Positions 48,611 to 63,553 of a stretch of DNA of 64,000 nt are shown here, in pieces. The notes below the pieces were generated by a model, which worked only from the letters and a program-made list of their open reading frames with translations, had not been told where the DNA came from and did no database searches. Location: assembly GCA_951406725.2 (NCBI GenBank), contig OX597832.1, forward strand, positions 18,352,001-18,416,000, written 5' to 3'. How positions within the stretch are numbered: the first letter of the stretch is position 1; the number at the start of each line of letters is the position of its first letter. This stretch comes from Octopus vulgaris. Taxonomy: Eukaryota. The translations under genes were made by a program, and so were the position numbers.

Positions 48611-49929
48611 TGGACAGAAGTTTGTGTGTGTGTGTGTGTGTATGCATGTATGTGTACAGTTATTAGTATAATAGTCCGGATTACATTAATAAAAATATTT
48701 GGTATATTATAATTAAGATATTCTTAATGGCTCAATTATTAATACAATCATTAAGATATAATGCAATTTATTGGCACCAAAACATTCTTAATAATCATCG
48801 AAAACGAAACATTTCGATGAAGATCGCATATCAAGTTAAATTTTCAATTAAAAAGGAAATATTTCCATTAGTCATAATGGAATAATAAGAAGCAAAACAA
48901 ATTAGTGACCAAAAACTTATCAAAATATGTATCAGTATTAAAATCTAGATAAGAAATTAAAATTACCTCAATCTAAACGAAGTTTTGAAAACAAATATTT
49001 TTTTTATATATTGTTTGTGTGATTGTTAAATGCAAATATTTTACCAAGTATACAAGGAGACGTCAGTTTAGTGAAATTCTGTGATTTAATGGATAAACGG
49101 TATTGATATAAATATTTTGTTAAATTATTTTGAATACTGTGTATATATGCAGAGTGTAATATAAAATGCTATGTACTAATTCCTGTTACAATAAACTCTT
49201 GGTGTAACAACAGAAACCCATTACGGGAAATTAAGCTTCCTATTATGATTAGCGTTGTAACATGAACCCTGCTTCGAGAATATACCGAGATCTGTTTTTA
49301 TACATTTGCTATCTCCATTGTGTAATGAACCCGCCTGCACCGACATCATATCTTGTCTGGTATTATATCATTTTACACTTTATGTACTATAACGTAGAGC
49401 CCTAATTTCGAATTTTCAAAATTTTGAAGCTGTAAAAAATTCATTGTTAGAATGTATTAATGATATATATTGGAATATTACTTCTGTAAATTTCGCAAGT
49501 TTGGCCAGGTTTTACCATGGAGATGCACGAATACTGGTAATTCAGACGGGTTTACGTACGAGATATTTAAGCGTGTTGAACAGAAATAAGCATAGTCTGG
49601 ACAGAAATTCGAACTTTTCTGGAAGAGGTTTGAGGAAACATCAGGTCATAAATCTTGAAATAATCTAAATTTACATGAAATTAGTAGCATGTAAGTGACT
49701 GCCATGCATATTATAATAAACCTTAGAGGTCTTATATTAAACCCTTTTGTCTAACTTCATGAAGATACATGTTTGATGATAAAATTATGTATAATTCTAA
49801 ACGCTGTTATCTGCAACATTTAGGAATATCTTTCATAATAGGTATAGACATTCAGAAGCTACAATAGCGAGTTTGAATGACAAAATGGCTTATAAAAAAT
49901 TAGAGCTGAATACTACTTCTGTGCACCAA

Positions 49930-50280
49930 TTGGAGAAAGACTCTGAGTTGAGGTTTCCAAGCAATGACAGGCTAGGGCGAATGAGCATGTTCAGGTTAAC
50001 GGTCTGCTGTTCGGGACAAGTCTTGCCTCAAGGCATACTGTTATAGTTAACAGCTTGGAGACGAATAAGTGCTGCCAATCGCATTTGTTCATGATACATT
50101 TATGATGATGACAACGAGACCAGAATCCATACCGCATCGGTAATCGAATCGATTAACATCAAAGAGTAGACAGGCCTCAATTTCGCCGACGCAGAAGCTG
50201 CAGAGAAGTGGTGAAATCTGGTTGCAGCTTCACAAACGAATGCCACAACGACCACACAGTTAAGGGATGTGAAAGAATGA
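49930..50280 (+). pseudogene. Decayed 3' end of an RTE-clade LINE
   Basis: IKE*TGLNFADA..EKW*NLVAAS..PQRP.QLRD resembles RTE ORF C-termini. Confidence 0.6.
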
Positions 50281-50299
50281 AGGAAGCGTATTGTGTATC

Positions 50300-50660
50300 C
50301 TAATAATATTCTGAGCAGATTGCATACGAAGCCAAGGGAATGTCTTGGTATGACAATCGGATTGGGCAAGATTACATTGGGCCATATTTTCTACTATCAG
50401 TGCCGGGAGACAAAAGACATTTTAGTTGCAGACGGAGAATATGAAGGGGCACGCTAGAGCCGTTTCGATCTCTTGATGGGATATTATATTAATGGGACGA
50501 GATAGTGAAGATGGCGACGACCGCTCGGTTCAAAGTCTCTCTTGACCGGAAATGGCCTGAACTCTTTGTATCACCATCCTCCCTGTACATAACTCCCTGT
50601 CCCCCTACATTACCTTGCTTTTGCTTTTTGAGCCAATAAAAATTAAATTAAATTTTAAAA
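50300..50660 (+). pseudogene. Decayed 3' end of a CR1/L2-like LINE
   Basis: ARFKVSLDRKWPELF (FK..LD..W motif), then a 3' UTR with AATAAA and a short (AAATT)n tail. Confidence 0.55.
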
Positions 50661-51769
50661 AATATATTCGTCATCCGTTGTGACTTTACCGGAATCTATG
50701 CATTTGCATGAAGTGAGGCCACCTCCCAACCGCAAAGTACACAGCTCCACTTGTCTGAGCAGCCATCAGACGCGTTGAATAGGGTTGTGGCTGCTAACTC
50801 TAAACTCATATGAATAAATTATTAAATGATAAAGCGTGATTGACTGGAAGAATTTCTCTAACTTTAGCATTCTTTGAAAAGAAAAAAAAAATTGGAATGT
50901 CATAGAATGGATGAGTGAATACAACACATCAATACATAAATAAATAAATACATAAATAAATAAATATAAATACATTTATAAGTATAGCTTAAAAACGAAA
51001 TAAACAAAGAAATATATAGCATGGAAAGTTAGTTTAGCAATGACAGAAAATTTTGTTTATCTTTTCCATTTTCTTTATGAAAGAACGCATAACCATTTAA
51101 TTTCGTGAAATTATATACATGCGCAGCGAGGCCCTGCCCATGTATGGTATTTCTGGTGTGAATGATCTCAAAAACGCCGGTAAATATCAATGAAAATCGT
51201 CTCACATTACCAACTTAGCGTTGGTTTAATAGTCACAATGATTATTACCTCATAAAATGAAACACTAATTGTTTCATACACGCTTCTATGTAATTCCTAC
51301 TTGAGACTCATAATAAGTTGCTCAAGGTCAATGTTTATCTCAAGAAGAATAACAAAAGTATTCTTATATAATTTTATATAACCAGCAGCCTGACCCACAT
51401 TGTTCTGTATGATAATTAAAAATACTAACGGAAACAATCGCTATGATTTATATTACAATTTAATTATACAAACGAAATTGGATATGTGACAATGATGAAT
51501 AGTGAAATATAATACGGTCGTAAAACAACATTTATAGAAAATTTATATTGTGGTAAACAATTAATGAAAAATGCAGAAATAAATTATTTTAAAGTAGGTC
51601 ATTGTTGCTAATTGTTAAAAACACGATAATTATCGGTGAAATGTTGCTATAAATTGGGTAAAGTCTGAAGAAAACAAATACGAAAATAACAGTTATATAT
51701 ACAAAAACGCATATACTCGCACGCACACACACATATGAACGTACGTGCAATGTATATATATATATATAT

Positions 51770-51833
<64 letters not shown>

Positions 51834-51848
51834 TTGTATGTGTGTATT

Positions 51849-51879
<31 letters not shown>

Positions 51880-53096
51880 ATATATATATGAATAAACACA
51901 CTTATATATATATGAGTATATATATATATATGAGTATATATATATATATATATATATATATAACTTACTGTATTTCTAGATTTTATTTTTGCATGAGGTC
52001 ACCATTTTGTTTTCATTTACATCTTATAATGACATTTGAATAACTTCGTTATTGTGCTATAATATTACGGAAGTAATATATAGCATTTAGTTATTATCTG
52101 ATATGCAGCGTATTTTTTCTATCATTATGCGTCAATAATTTGCAAAACATTTATAACCACGTTACATTAACGTCTGAAATCTCACCCTGAACGTCGTAAA
52201 GAACAACACAATTTCAAATATCGTGCAATGTAATTTGCATTGAATAACATTTCATAATATTTTTCTGCTTATTAAAAAAAAAAAGCATTAAAAAAATACA
52301 AGTGAATACAGTAATTGTAGAATGATGGTCAAAATATATTTTGCTACATTCTCAATTCATTTTCTACCAATTACGATACTACTTTTCTTTTTCAGCTAAA
52401 GTAAATTTCAAAAAACAATGCTACCCATTCATCAGGTTTGATTGCCTGTAATGTTGCTGTACTTTTATATAATACTCAAGGCGGTGCCCCAGCTCAGCCG
52501 CAGTTAGATGGAGACATGTAAAAATAGTGAAAGATAAATAGTGCTTATATTATAAAACAGCATAACTGAAGATCGAATTACCAGAAGAAATGGTGTGTGC
52601 AATATATAATAATAAATAATACACTGCTTAAATTTTGGATAAATTTTCATTGTCAATAGGTAGCTATCTTTCGTTTATATGCAGTTTTTCACTGCATATA
52701 AAGATATGAGCGGATTTAGTATTAACTAAATAAACACAGGGTGATATGAGATAACGCATCGCTTTATTATAACACACATACTCATATACAAACCGCCATA
52801 TTCACATTATACAGGTACAAATGCGTTATATTTTGGTTATTAATGTTATTAGGCTCGGAATTCGCAGTGTGAACAAGTGCAATCCACTTGCGATTAAACA
52901 GCCATTGTATAGTACGGAAACTAGGGCCACGTTGCCTAAGTGGTAATTTTTAAGACGTGTGAGATTTGATGGCTACCTGGCTGCTTCATTTAGGAAATTT
53001 TGTGACCATGTAGAGGTCCTCTCAATAGCATGTAATTGTGTGTTGTTACTGTGTGTCCGTGCATTTCAATATGGTTGTGTGTGCCAATGTGTGTTG

Positions 53097-53206
53097 TCTT
53101 CTTCTTCATCTTCTTCTTCTTCTTCTTCTTTTTCTTCTTCTTCTTTTTTTTCTTCTTCTTCTTCTTCTTCTTCTTCTTCTTCTTCTTCTTCTTCTTCTTC
53201 TTCTTC
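53097..53206. repeat. (TTC)n microsatellite
   Basis: Direct inspection. Confidence 0.97.
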
Positions 53207-53304
53207 CGATCAGGACTCATGCCATTAGCTACAAAGAATAATCTCTAATTCGAGCCTACTCTAAGCTACTAAGAATGCATGTGGCAACTTGAAGATCTAC
53301 CAAC

Positions 53305-53432
53305 CACACGCCGGGTGAAATGCGTTGCGGCATTTATTCAGTCTTTGTGTTCTGAGCTCAAATTCCACCGTGGTCGACTTTGCTTTTCGTCCGTTCGAGG
53401 TCGATAAATTAATTACCAATCAAGCAGTGGGA
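53305..53432 (+). mobile_element. SINE family A fragment
   Basis: cacgccgggtgaaatgc...ggtcgactttgcttttc. Confidence 0.75.
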
Positions 53433-53971
53433 TAGAAAGGAGATTTAATATAGCCATTGTTAGCTTGTATAATTTTTGATATGTCTGTTGATTATGTTCT
53501 TGTGGGGATTTGTAGTCATTCAGTTTACCATTACTTAACAGATTTAAGGATAGTGGACTGGCAGAAGCCCTCGGACGTAGAATGAAAGGCAATGATTTCT
53601 TTCCTATAATACGTTAACATTCTGAATTCAAATTGTATCCTTCCAGGATCGCTAAGGTGTAACACCAGTGAAATATTGAGATCGATGCTGTAGACCGATA
53701 CCCGAATTCCAAACATATGGACCTCATACATATGCTAGAAAGAAGCAATATTTTTTCACGTCAGTTTGATTTGAAACTACGTTTGAATGCATCCGTTCGA
53801 CATTTGAAGCCATGGGAATCGAGTCTTTATTTTGAAAATCAGACATGGTGTGTGTTTGAAACGAATTTACCCAAGGTGAACTTTTTTTTTATTATTTAAG
53901 ACAACAATAAATATAACAACAGCCATAATGTCACCAAAAACAATCACAAGAAGATAAACAACAACAACTGC

Positions 53972-54007
<36 letters not shown>

Positions 54008-54184
54008 AAAACGTAAAGTAAAGCGATATACGAGAGTAGACTATACTATGACACAGTCACATTTAACTGTGACATCCATGGCCATCTGGTGGTGTGAAAT
54101 ATCATACCACTGGACACTAACAGCTGTTTATCGGTGAAAGCTAAGAAGATAGTGAATGAAATTACACACACATACATACATACA

Positions 54185-54218
<34 letters not shown>

Positions 54219-54996
54219 CATACGCATACACACGCACATATTTAGAAAATAAATAAATAAAACATAGATGTCTGAGCAGATGCAGGTATGAATAAAATCA
54301 CACAGGCATATACTACAAACATGCACACATGTATACAAGCGTTTTGCTGAGAGAAACGTTGATGTGTGCATTTATATACACATATATGTAAGTATAAGCA
54401 CAAGCACACGTACACACACAAATGCACACACACACATACAGACACACAAAAATACACACACACACACATATATATATGTATACACAGAGGAAGATGTGAT
54501 GGAAGGGAGAGGGGGAGAGATGATGGTCTATTCATTCGAATATGTTGCAGGCAAGGTCTTTAGCGCGCCTCGGCAGATTTTTCATTTGATTGTGCATTGT
54601 GAGTTCGAATCCCGAGCATATCGAGCATATCGAATCCCGAGCATATCATCCTATAGAGAACGAGAACATAAGAACCTCCTTCGAAATTGCTGCCCCACAG
54701 TGCCAAAATTTAAATCTAATAATTGTTCTCTTTGAAATTCTCACGCCACGTCTTAGCATTTTCCATTTTCATAATCAAATTATAATTCTATCTGAGGGTT
54801 TAAATATATATAGATATGGCATATTTGTTTCGTTTCTTGACTCCTTTTGTTTGTTGTCCTTTTGTTTGTTGTCCTGAAAATATTATTTATGTAACGCACG
54901 CACTCCACAATATTTTTACCTACATATATATATATTTCTTTATTGCCAATTGAGAGCTAAACACAGAACGGACAAACATGTATATATATATATCTA

Positions 54997-55300
54997 TCTT
55001 TATATATAAAAGTAAGGTTGTGTGTCTGTCTACTCCGATTTAGATTCCTAACTACTCCCATATTTTGCGGTGCAGTTTAACAAAAATCGGGTATTTTATA
55101 GTCGTGATTCATATCGAGCCCTTCTGGGTATTAGCGCGCGTCTACAATGAGTCTACGATTTTAAGAATAATTTTTTCCATTTTGATGCATTTTTTTCGCT
55201 ATTATATAAGGGAAGTAACTCTCTAAAAATGTCTACGATGAGTCACCGATTTAAAAAATATTTTTCCCATTATTAATGCATTTTTTGGCTATAAAACGTG
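54997..55300 (+). mobile_element. 5' part of a non-autonomous Helitron related to 44093-44477
   Basis: a|TCTTTATATATAAAAG start; shares actctctaaaaatg and ttttttggctataa blocks with the minus strand of 44093-44477; 3' CTAG end not found. Confidence 0.6.
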
Positions 55301-55509
55301 GGAGTATGATTCGACGGAAAAACGCTGGCCGACAGACTTTTTCCTGGGGGTCTCATCAAGTGGCTTCTTGTGGTGGATGCCTGAACTACAATGTTTCTGG
55401 TTACCTTTGGATCCACTCGTGTATATATATATATACATATATATACATACATATATATACATATATATACATATATACATATATATACATATAGATAAAT
55501 AAATAAATA

Positions 55510-55557
<48 letters not shown>

Positions 55558-55612
55558 TATATATATTTATATGTGTGTGTATGTATATATATATACACAC
55601 ATGCATTCATAT

Positions 55613-55655
<43 letters not shown>

Positions 55656-55713
55656 ATGTATATATATATCTACACAAATACATTCATATCTCTATATATA
55701 TATATACAAATAT

Positions 55714-55773
<60 letters not shown>

Positions 55774-56960
55774 TACGTACCGATCAATACAGTACCGAAT
55801 ATATATGGGAACGATGCATATGGAGCAACATGATACAAAACTTATGAGAAGAGGTTCAATTCCCATGTAAAAATATTGATTTTTCCTTCTGAAATTTCAA
55901 GAAAGAAAATATACCGAAAAATGAAAAGGAAAAAAAAAAAACAGAAAAAAGAAACACAGAAGAATGCGAGAGATCGATTAATAGTGTACCATAAATAATC
56001 GTGAACTTTTTTTTTTCTAAAACGAAATTTAAAATCGATATTTTGTGGTAAATACATCACAGTAACATTTAGCTACGCGCAGCACGAGCACTACTTATAT
56101 TGTAATTTTTGAAAAATAATTGTTTCGCTCAAACATCTTTTCGATGAAATTAATGTTTTACCTTTTATCTTGATTAATATATTTTGTCATTTTTATAAAT
56201 ATTCATACTTTCGTATGTGCGGGTATGTAGGTTGGTAGGTTTTTATTGAATCGATGTTGATGAAATAAAATCTGTGAATTCCACAATTGTTTCATTGTTA
56301 GAAAAAAAATTATTTAAAACAGATACTTCGAACTGAATGTGTATGCCATATCGCGTTTTTATTTTTGTACGAAAATCTATTTGGTTTCTTTCATTTCTGT
56401 TAGAAAATGGGTTTCGTTTAATCTGTGATCCATATAAAAATATAGATTTAAAAAAAAATTGTATTTCACTTAATATCATGAAAATATTATCAGTATATTT
56501 TTGTGCCAGTAAAAATCGTGTCGAGTGTTATACTTTTGTACCGGTGCAACTTAGTAATACTGCGTATGCATTAGCAGTACAAGTTGATATTTAACTTTCA
56601 ACTACCGGTTGGTCAAAGGAGACAGACAGTGAGCGCACCCACATACAACTTAACCACGAGAATTGATTTAATAAATTAAATAATTTCTGTTGGGGTCTTA
56701 TGTGGTCTCAGTCCTAATACCGAAACCCCTTAAAGCAAATGAAACATTATTTATTCAAGTAATAGAATGAACATGTTCACTTCTCCAATTACTTGGTTAT
56801 ATATGAATATATTTGTCTATGCTTCTTCAATAAGGCCGAAACTTAGAACTTAGATAGTGGTATCACTGTACTTGCCACACTTCGAACTCGCTTCTCACAA
56901 ATATCTTGATGAACATTGGATTGGATGAAGTCTGCCATGGATTACTCAACTATTGTTAAT

Positions 56961-57196
56961 TTGTTTCTTTATTACCCAAAATGGGCTAAACATAGAGGGG
57001 ACAAAGAAGGACAGACAAACGGATTAAGTCGATTATATCGACCCCAGTGCGTAACTGGTACTTAATTTATCGACTCCGAAAGGATGAAAGGCAAAGTCGA
57101 CCTCGGCGGAATTTTAACTCAGAACGTAGCGGCAGACGAAATACAGCTACGCATTTCGCCCGGCGTGCTAACGGTTCTGCAAGCTCGCCACCTTTT
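56961..57196 (-). mobile_element. SINE family A with ~16-bp TSD
   Basis: ctcaactattgttaat (56945-56960) / ctcaactattgtcaat (57197-57212). Confidence 0.9.
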
Positions 57197-57299
57197 CTCA
57201 ACTATTGTCAATTGTTAATTAAAACTAATGATTCTTATTACAAAATGTTTTTCATGAAGTCGACATCCCTGGTAAATTTTCCATTGGTCAGCTTCTGCG

Positions 57300-57600
57300 T
57301 TTGGAATGTAAAGTGAAGTCGTGTGTCTTACCGGTTATGTTATTCACCTCACAATCGCGAGTGTTTTCGAGCCATGTACTTTTACCACGTTGCTGGAGAT
57401 TACTCAACTGGCAAACATGAGCTTTATCTGTATTTCAAAGGACCAACCTTTGTCAGCTTCTATTTCAAGCTGAATCTCCGTTGGAACTACATTAAGGGAC
57501 ACCTGCCTGTGGTTTTTTTTAGCCATTTGCAACTTAATTTTATGATCAGGTTGATCGGCTCTTCTAGAACACACATCGTCGTAACCGACGGAGTGCCACA
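57300..57600 (+). mobile_element. Old relative of SINE family C1
   Basis: Diverged ctgtatttcaaagg...gctgaat...gaactac.ttaaggg.cac body and an identical 3' terminus tcgtcgtaaccgacggagtgc. Confidence 0.7.
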
Positions 57601-58855
57601 TTGCTTCGAGTGTCAAGAGACAGCTGATCTTCCTTGAAACAAAAACAAAAAAATAATCAAAGCAAAACAAATGGAGAATTAAAAGTGAAAATGATCCACC
57701 CTTGCGACTTGTAGAGAAACTTCCCAGACACAGAATCATTATGAAGATTCAACAAGATTGTATAGAAATTTGTCTTTCCTGCAATCCCTTAGGAAGCTGA
57801 TCCATCGACTCCTGAGAGAGAGAGAGAGAGAGGGGGGATATTTATGGCCGAAGTGTATACCAATGATAGATTAATTAAAGGCAAGAAAAAAGAAATTGCT
57901 GTAAATAATAATGAACAAAAAGAAACCCCAGAACCATTACAAAATCATCAATACAGGCATTCTCCTAAAGAAGGGGAAAAAAACAAACAAATCATTCGAA
58001 GTGCTCGCCTACTACATCTGTAATCTGCTCGACCCCAAAAGGCAATGATGAAAAATAAAAAAGAAATAAATGAAAATATCAAGAATAGAATTGTGAACGT
58101 ATTAAAAAAAAATAAAAAGCTCACTTAATTGTAATATATTTATTCGTTTCTATTATCGCTTCCCCGTCCACGGGGCCGGTCAGCGAAATGTAAATAAAAT
58201 TAGTAAACTGAAATATGTTTGTCCGACGCTAGAGGCGTTGAGTCTTGGTGAATCTTTAATTAAGGAGCGAGTCATTCTATTTTATTTTTTCCATCGAAAG
58301 GAACTAAATAAATAAATAGATAACGCAAACACCAACATCATATTATTATCCTTTAATTTTCTCATCTATTTTAAAGTCCTCACTACCTATAAACCTCATT
58401 GCAAATCCCATAAATTCATCCTTAAACATCTTAAACACTAATTTACATTAGGATTTCATTTATTATTATTTTTTTTTTCGTTCGTTGCTGTCTGTTGAAG
58501 ATCATTTAGTTATCACCTGCTTCTTCTAGAACATATAAGTCTATAACAAGCAGCTGGTGTTGTTGTCATTCACCTAGCATCACCCTCTACCTACTTCACC
58601 TCCAGTGCATACCTGTCAACCAACAACCCTACCTACCTCCTTACCAACCTACCTACAGTCATACCTACCTACCTACCTACCCTCATGCCGATCTTAACTT
58701 TCCTATCTACCTGCTTGTTAAAACTTACCTGACTGGCCTTACTTAATATCCACCGAGGTAAGATTTACAGACTAAGTCAGAATGAGTCGTTGTCTTCACC
58801 TTGTGCTACAGATTTGCGTGTCAGCCTGTTTTTGTAACGTTCCTGTTGGTGCAAA

Positions 58856-58856
<1 letters not shown>

Positions 58857-58949
<93 letters not shown>

Positions 58950-58965
58950 GGTGGTCGTGGTGGTG
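58857..58965. repeat. (TAT)n-(AGT)n-(GGT)n compound microsatellite
   Basis: Direct inspection. Confidence 0.95.
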
Positions 58966-59611
58966 ATACTAGTAGTCCCTTCATCCCTAAAAACAAACTA
59001 ACTTAACCATCTCTCCGTCTAACACAGCTAAACATAGTTAAGTAAATATTTGGACAGCTATATTCGTTTTGCCTGCATGCATAATAAATGTATATAAAAC
59101 AAACATACACTCGCAGAAGAATACATACACACACACACACATAGGCATATGCACCCACATATATACACATATGTGGGAATGTGAGTTTATATAGACATTT
59201 GCTGTATTAAACGTGCGTGTGTATGTGAATTAATGTAAACGTAGGTACAGACATAGTCAATTACTATCTCACACACACATTCACACACAAATGTATGTGC
59301 GTGTATGATTACTTGTATGCGTATAGAAGCACGCACCTACATAAGATAATGTTTTATCTGTATCTGTATGTATTCGAAGCTACATAAATATATGGATGGT
59401 TAAAAGTAATGTTTGCTCTATAAGTAAATAAAGTATGGTACTTTAATAAGCGCAGAAAGAAAACCAAACAGTGAAAAAATCATTATTTAGAAATAGGTTA
59501 TATCTTGTCGTTGCGACTATTATTTTTCAACAAACACATGATATATTGTGTGTGCATAATCACATCTTAATAGAATTATTGTAAGTGCGAAAGCTACCAG
59601 ACTCTACGTTT

Positions 59612-59846
59612 GGCGGCGAGCTGGCAGAATCGTTAGCACGCCGGTCGAAGTGCTTAGCGGTATTTCGTCTGCCGCTACGTTCTGAGCTCAAATTTCGCCG
59701 AGGTCGACTTTGCCTTTCATCCTTTCGGGGTCGATAAATTAAGTACCAGTTACGCACTGGGATCGATGTAATCGACTTAATACCTATGTGTCTGTCCTCG
59801 TTTGTCCTCTCTGTGTTTAGCCCCTTGTGGGTAGTAAAGAAATAGG
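59612..59846 (+). mobile_element. Well-preserved SINE family A
   Basis: GGCGGCGAGCTGGCAGAATCGTTAGCACG...GAGGTCGACTTTGCCTTTCATCCTTTCGGGGTCGATAAATTAAGTACCAG; the central block resembles the Meta/Sauria-type SINE domain (from memory, unverified). Confidence 0.9.
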
Positions 59847-60402
59847 TATAATGGTTTGCGAAATTTCATGAAGGTTTCACGGTTTTGTTTCCAGCATAAC
59901 GGGGGTCCACTTTCATTCTTCCAATGCTCAAACACAGGGGACGATGTGTTGAGAAATAAAACCTTCAATTAGATAGTAACATTTTCATTTCAAGTTCCTG
60001 TGATAGATATTAGATCGAAAATATAATCATGATTGTGTTTGTTTGGACACAAATTCTAGAATTGCCTACGTATGACTACTGGAATATGCTATGTTAGTGG
60101 ATACATTAACATTCATTGAAAAACGATCGTAGTTTTTCGATGACAGATTTAGTTATAATCTGTGCTTGAGGTGGGAAAGAGGATTTTCAAATCCGTTTGT
60201 CGTTTTCAGTTCGTCTTTTCCACGTTCCACTTGCAGTTTACGCTATTTATACAATACAGCGAAAGTATTTAGTATGTTAAGCTTTATAAGTCTTTAGTAT
60301 ATTAAGCTTTATAAAACATCTATCTATCTATCTCTCTACCTATATTCATATGTATACATACAGATACATATATATATATATATACATATGTATGTATGTA
60401 TA

Positions 60403-60528
<126 letters not shown>

Positions 60529-61431
60529 TATATATATATGTGTGTGTGTGTGTGTGTTAGTGTGTATGTATCTAACTTTTTGTCTATTTATCTACCTACA
60601 TATGTGCAGGTGAATATATATATGTGTGTGTGCGTGTGGTGTGTATGCGATTGTGCTTGATAGTTTTCTCCTTTGTCCTGCTCAAAACTATTTTCTCATC
60701 TGCTAATAAGAAAGAGTAAAACATGAATCAATGTCTATGTGAATATGTATGCAAAAAGTACAATTACAAACTGATTTCAGTCCAATATATTATGAGGTTA
60801 CTACAAAACGAAATACACAGTAAAACTCGGTGCGATATATATTTCTATGTTTGAAAGATACCTTGATATATAACTTAAAATATTTGTGTATTATATCGCA
60901 AATGATTTCATAGGATGGTACATTCTAGAATCTTATTTCCCTTTTATGTCTGCTAATCTAGGATTCTCGTATGTTATCCATGAAATTGTTTTTAATACGT
61001 GACTTCTTTTGTACCTTCTGGCCCTAGTTTAGTGTTTGATCCATTTTTATCCAGACCGAGTATTATATGGCGGATTCTATTTTCTTCAATTGCAATGGTG
61101 GTAGAGTACCTAAGATCTTCCGTGATTTTTAGTGTCCATGCGCTGTTATATTGTTTTGTGTATTGTGATATTTGTTGGTTATAAAGCCAGGAACATGCGA
61201 TGTATCTTTGTGCGTTAAATCATTTATTAAGAAGTGATATAGCACACCTATGTCTTTAAAAATAATTTATACGGAAACGACTTCAACAATCTAAAAATCC
61301 ACCATTACGAGATGTACATGAGCAAAGTTTTAATTTCAGTTAATTAATCACATTTATTTTCTTATTTATCTCGAAACATGGAAAATCGAATTTCACACAA
61401 CAACGAGTTTAAAACTAAAGTTAAACCTAAC

Positions 61432-62010
61432 AATGGAATTTTCGAGGAAGCAGATCCTGCTCTTAATACATGATGATCTTTGGTAGCAAATGAAAACTAC
61501 AACAGCAACATCATGCATATGCCAAGCTATGTTTTGGCGGATTCCGAAATTCCATGTCAGGAGCAAGAAAGTACAATCCACCATCTTTATTCACATATTC
61601 CCAACCTTATATATTAGTCCTCTAACCGAAAATATACGTGTTTCGAGTCTTTACGTGCCATAAGAAAAGAAATAGAAAGAAACCATGCAAGTGTGATAAG
61701 GAATCGGAATATTTTTCGAGCATCACCAACATTATAATGCTTTTATTGCGCCCTCGAAAGAACAGAACAAATTCGTTCTTGCTACTATGTGAAGAGAAAT
61801 TGCTTCTAAACAGGTGTAGCAGTTCATATAGTATTACGTACATTATGTTTAAAACCGAAGATGAAGCGTGAACGAAAGCTGAGACTGAAAACCGCACGGC
61901 TGTTCAATATTCCTTCAATATTTTGGTGGAAAGAATACAGACTTAAATATGGAAATCATTGGAGTGGTCGTTGAATCTTGGCTAGATTCATATTGCAGCA
62001 AAATATGAAT
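61432..62010 (+). pseudogene. Possible heavily decayed mariner transposase
   Basis: MEFSRKQILLLIH....TATSCICQA (N-terminus-like), RP....SFLLL and FKTEDEA (C-terminus-like); many stops and deletions. Confidence 0.4.
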
Positions 62011-63553
62011 GGTGGTGAGAAATGTCGATACCTAACGAGATTTTTGTTTTCGAGTCTCATTTTTCTATGTACGTACAAATCCTGAAGACTCCTATTGACA
62101 GCAAGGGTGAACATTGTAACTGGCTTGGATAGAAGGCTCTTCTGACAGCCGTTGTATGTAACAATTCAGATAGTATACACTTTCCCTCTCCTGCTTCTTA
62201 TATTTGGAGTGTTCTTCAAAAACATTTGCAAAGATAGTTTTGTCATTGAAATTACATTATGAAACATGGATCTTATCTATTTTATTGAAATCTCTGTTCC
62301 ATTCAACTTTGTCTCTTTGCCTGTACTTACCGTATATTCTAGAGAATGACATCATTTTAATTTTCTACTGTAGTGTTTGGGAGAATGTAAGATCGTTCCT
62401 GTACACCTACGGCCTTCATCTCATGATATATCAAACAGTGAAATGAAGTAATACTGAATATCGCGTAAAAAGTCATTCAGAATTACGGGACGAGATATTT
62501 TCTTTTGCTCTAACTTGGAAAAGGCAGTGGAAATTTTCATTAACCATTCTACTTTCGGGCAAGGCAAGAAAATATCTCAAAGCAGTGCTCCATCATGACC
62601 GCACTTTAATGACTGAAGCAAGTAAAAGAATAAAAGAATGCACACACATACATATATATGTTATTGATAAGGATAATCTAAAATATATTTTCGTAAGCTG
62701 GCTAACACAGAAGATTTGATTAAACAATTCCAATTTTTTTAGTGAACTGAATGTTATAATATGAGGAACGAACTTGAGATTTCTTCGTTTCTGTTTTTTT
62801 ATTTGCATAGACGCTTAGAGCAAGGGAAAATAAATAATAAATAAAATATAAATAATTTCATGTCAGGAATAATAAGGAAATAGTTAAAGAGCATTTGAAA
62901 GCGAGCCTAGCAAAATTATGTTTAAGTAAACTGCTTATGCGTATACAACCAGTCCTTTGCATCATTAACCCACGCTGCAAGATGCTCACCTTCACAAATT
63001 TGAAAGGAATCACGCTACGAAAGTGGCAATAGCAATATGAATGACGTAAGCAACATGGCTCGCACAAACCAAAATTCTATTTTAAAACAGAAAAGTAAAG
63101 TACATAAGTTTAGACTCACATAAAGCTCAAAGCTTAAGAAATGTTTGACGGGTTACAGGAAATAAAAGTAAAATAAATGAGGATAAATATCTAGAGTTGA
63201 TAACTTTAGTATAACTATGAATAACACAAAGAGTACGCAATCAGTAATAAAACCACCAAAAGAAATTTCCATTTTTTGAAAATAAGGATCTATTAATGAG
63301 TACCAAGAAATGTGTTGAAGTGATATGTCAAAACGAACAAATTCATGGCCCGTGAAACCTTATTTAGAAAGGACGAATAGTGAAGTATTTCTGTATGATA
63401 AATAAAACGAGTAGTCATGACGTTGCAACGACAACGTCACTGAAAGCTCTAGTATATATATATATATGTGATAACAGATAGGTTCCTTTCACTCAGTAAG
63501 TGCTGAGGGAAGTATGTGACCCTGCTTCAGTACGGATTTGTAAGCGTTGAGAT

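Noticed and set aside
54600-54650. Short direct repeats (cgaatcccgagcatatc; also the ~25-bp repeat at 60268-60313) as a CRISPR-like array
   Set aside because: Only two or three units, no unique spacers, eukaryotic context; simple local duplications
55330-55422. Mariner-like TIR on the minus strand (tacacgagtggatccaaaggtaacc)
   Set aside because: No partner TIR or transposase found; too short to call
57047-57316. Recurrent 'MRNWYLIYR..KDERQSRPRRN' ORF (also 59560-59757)
   Set aside because: Antisense translation of SINE family A
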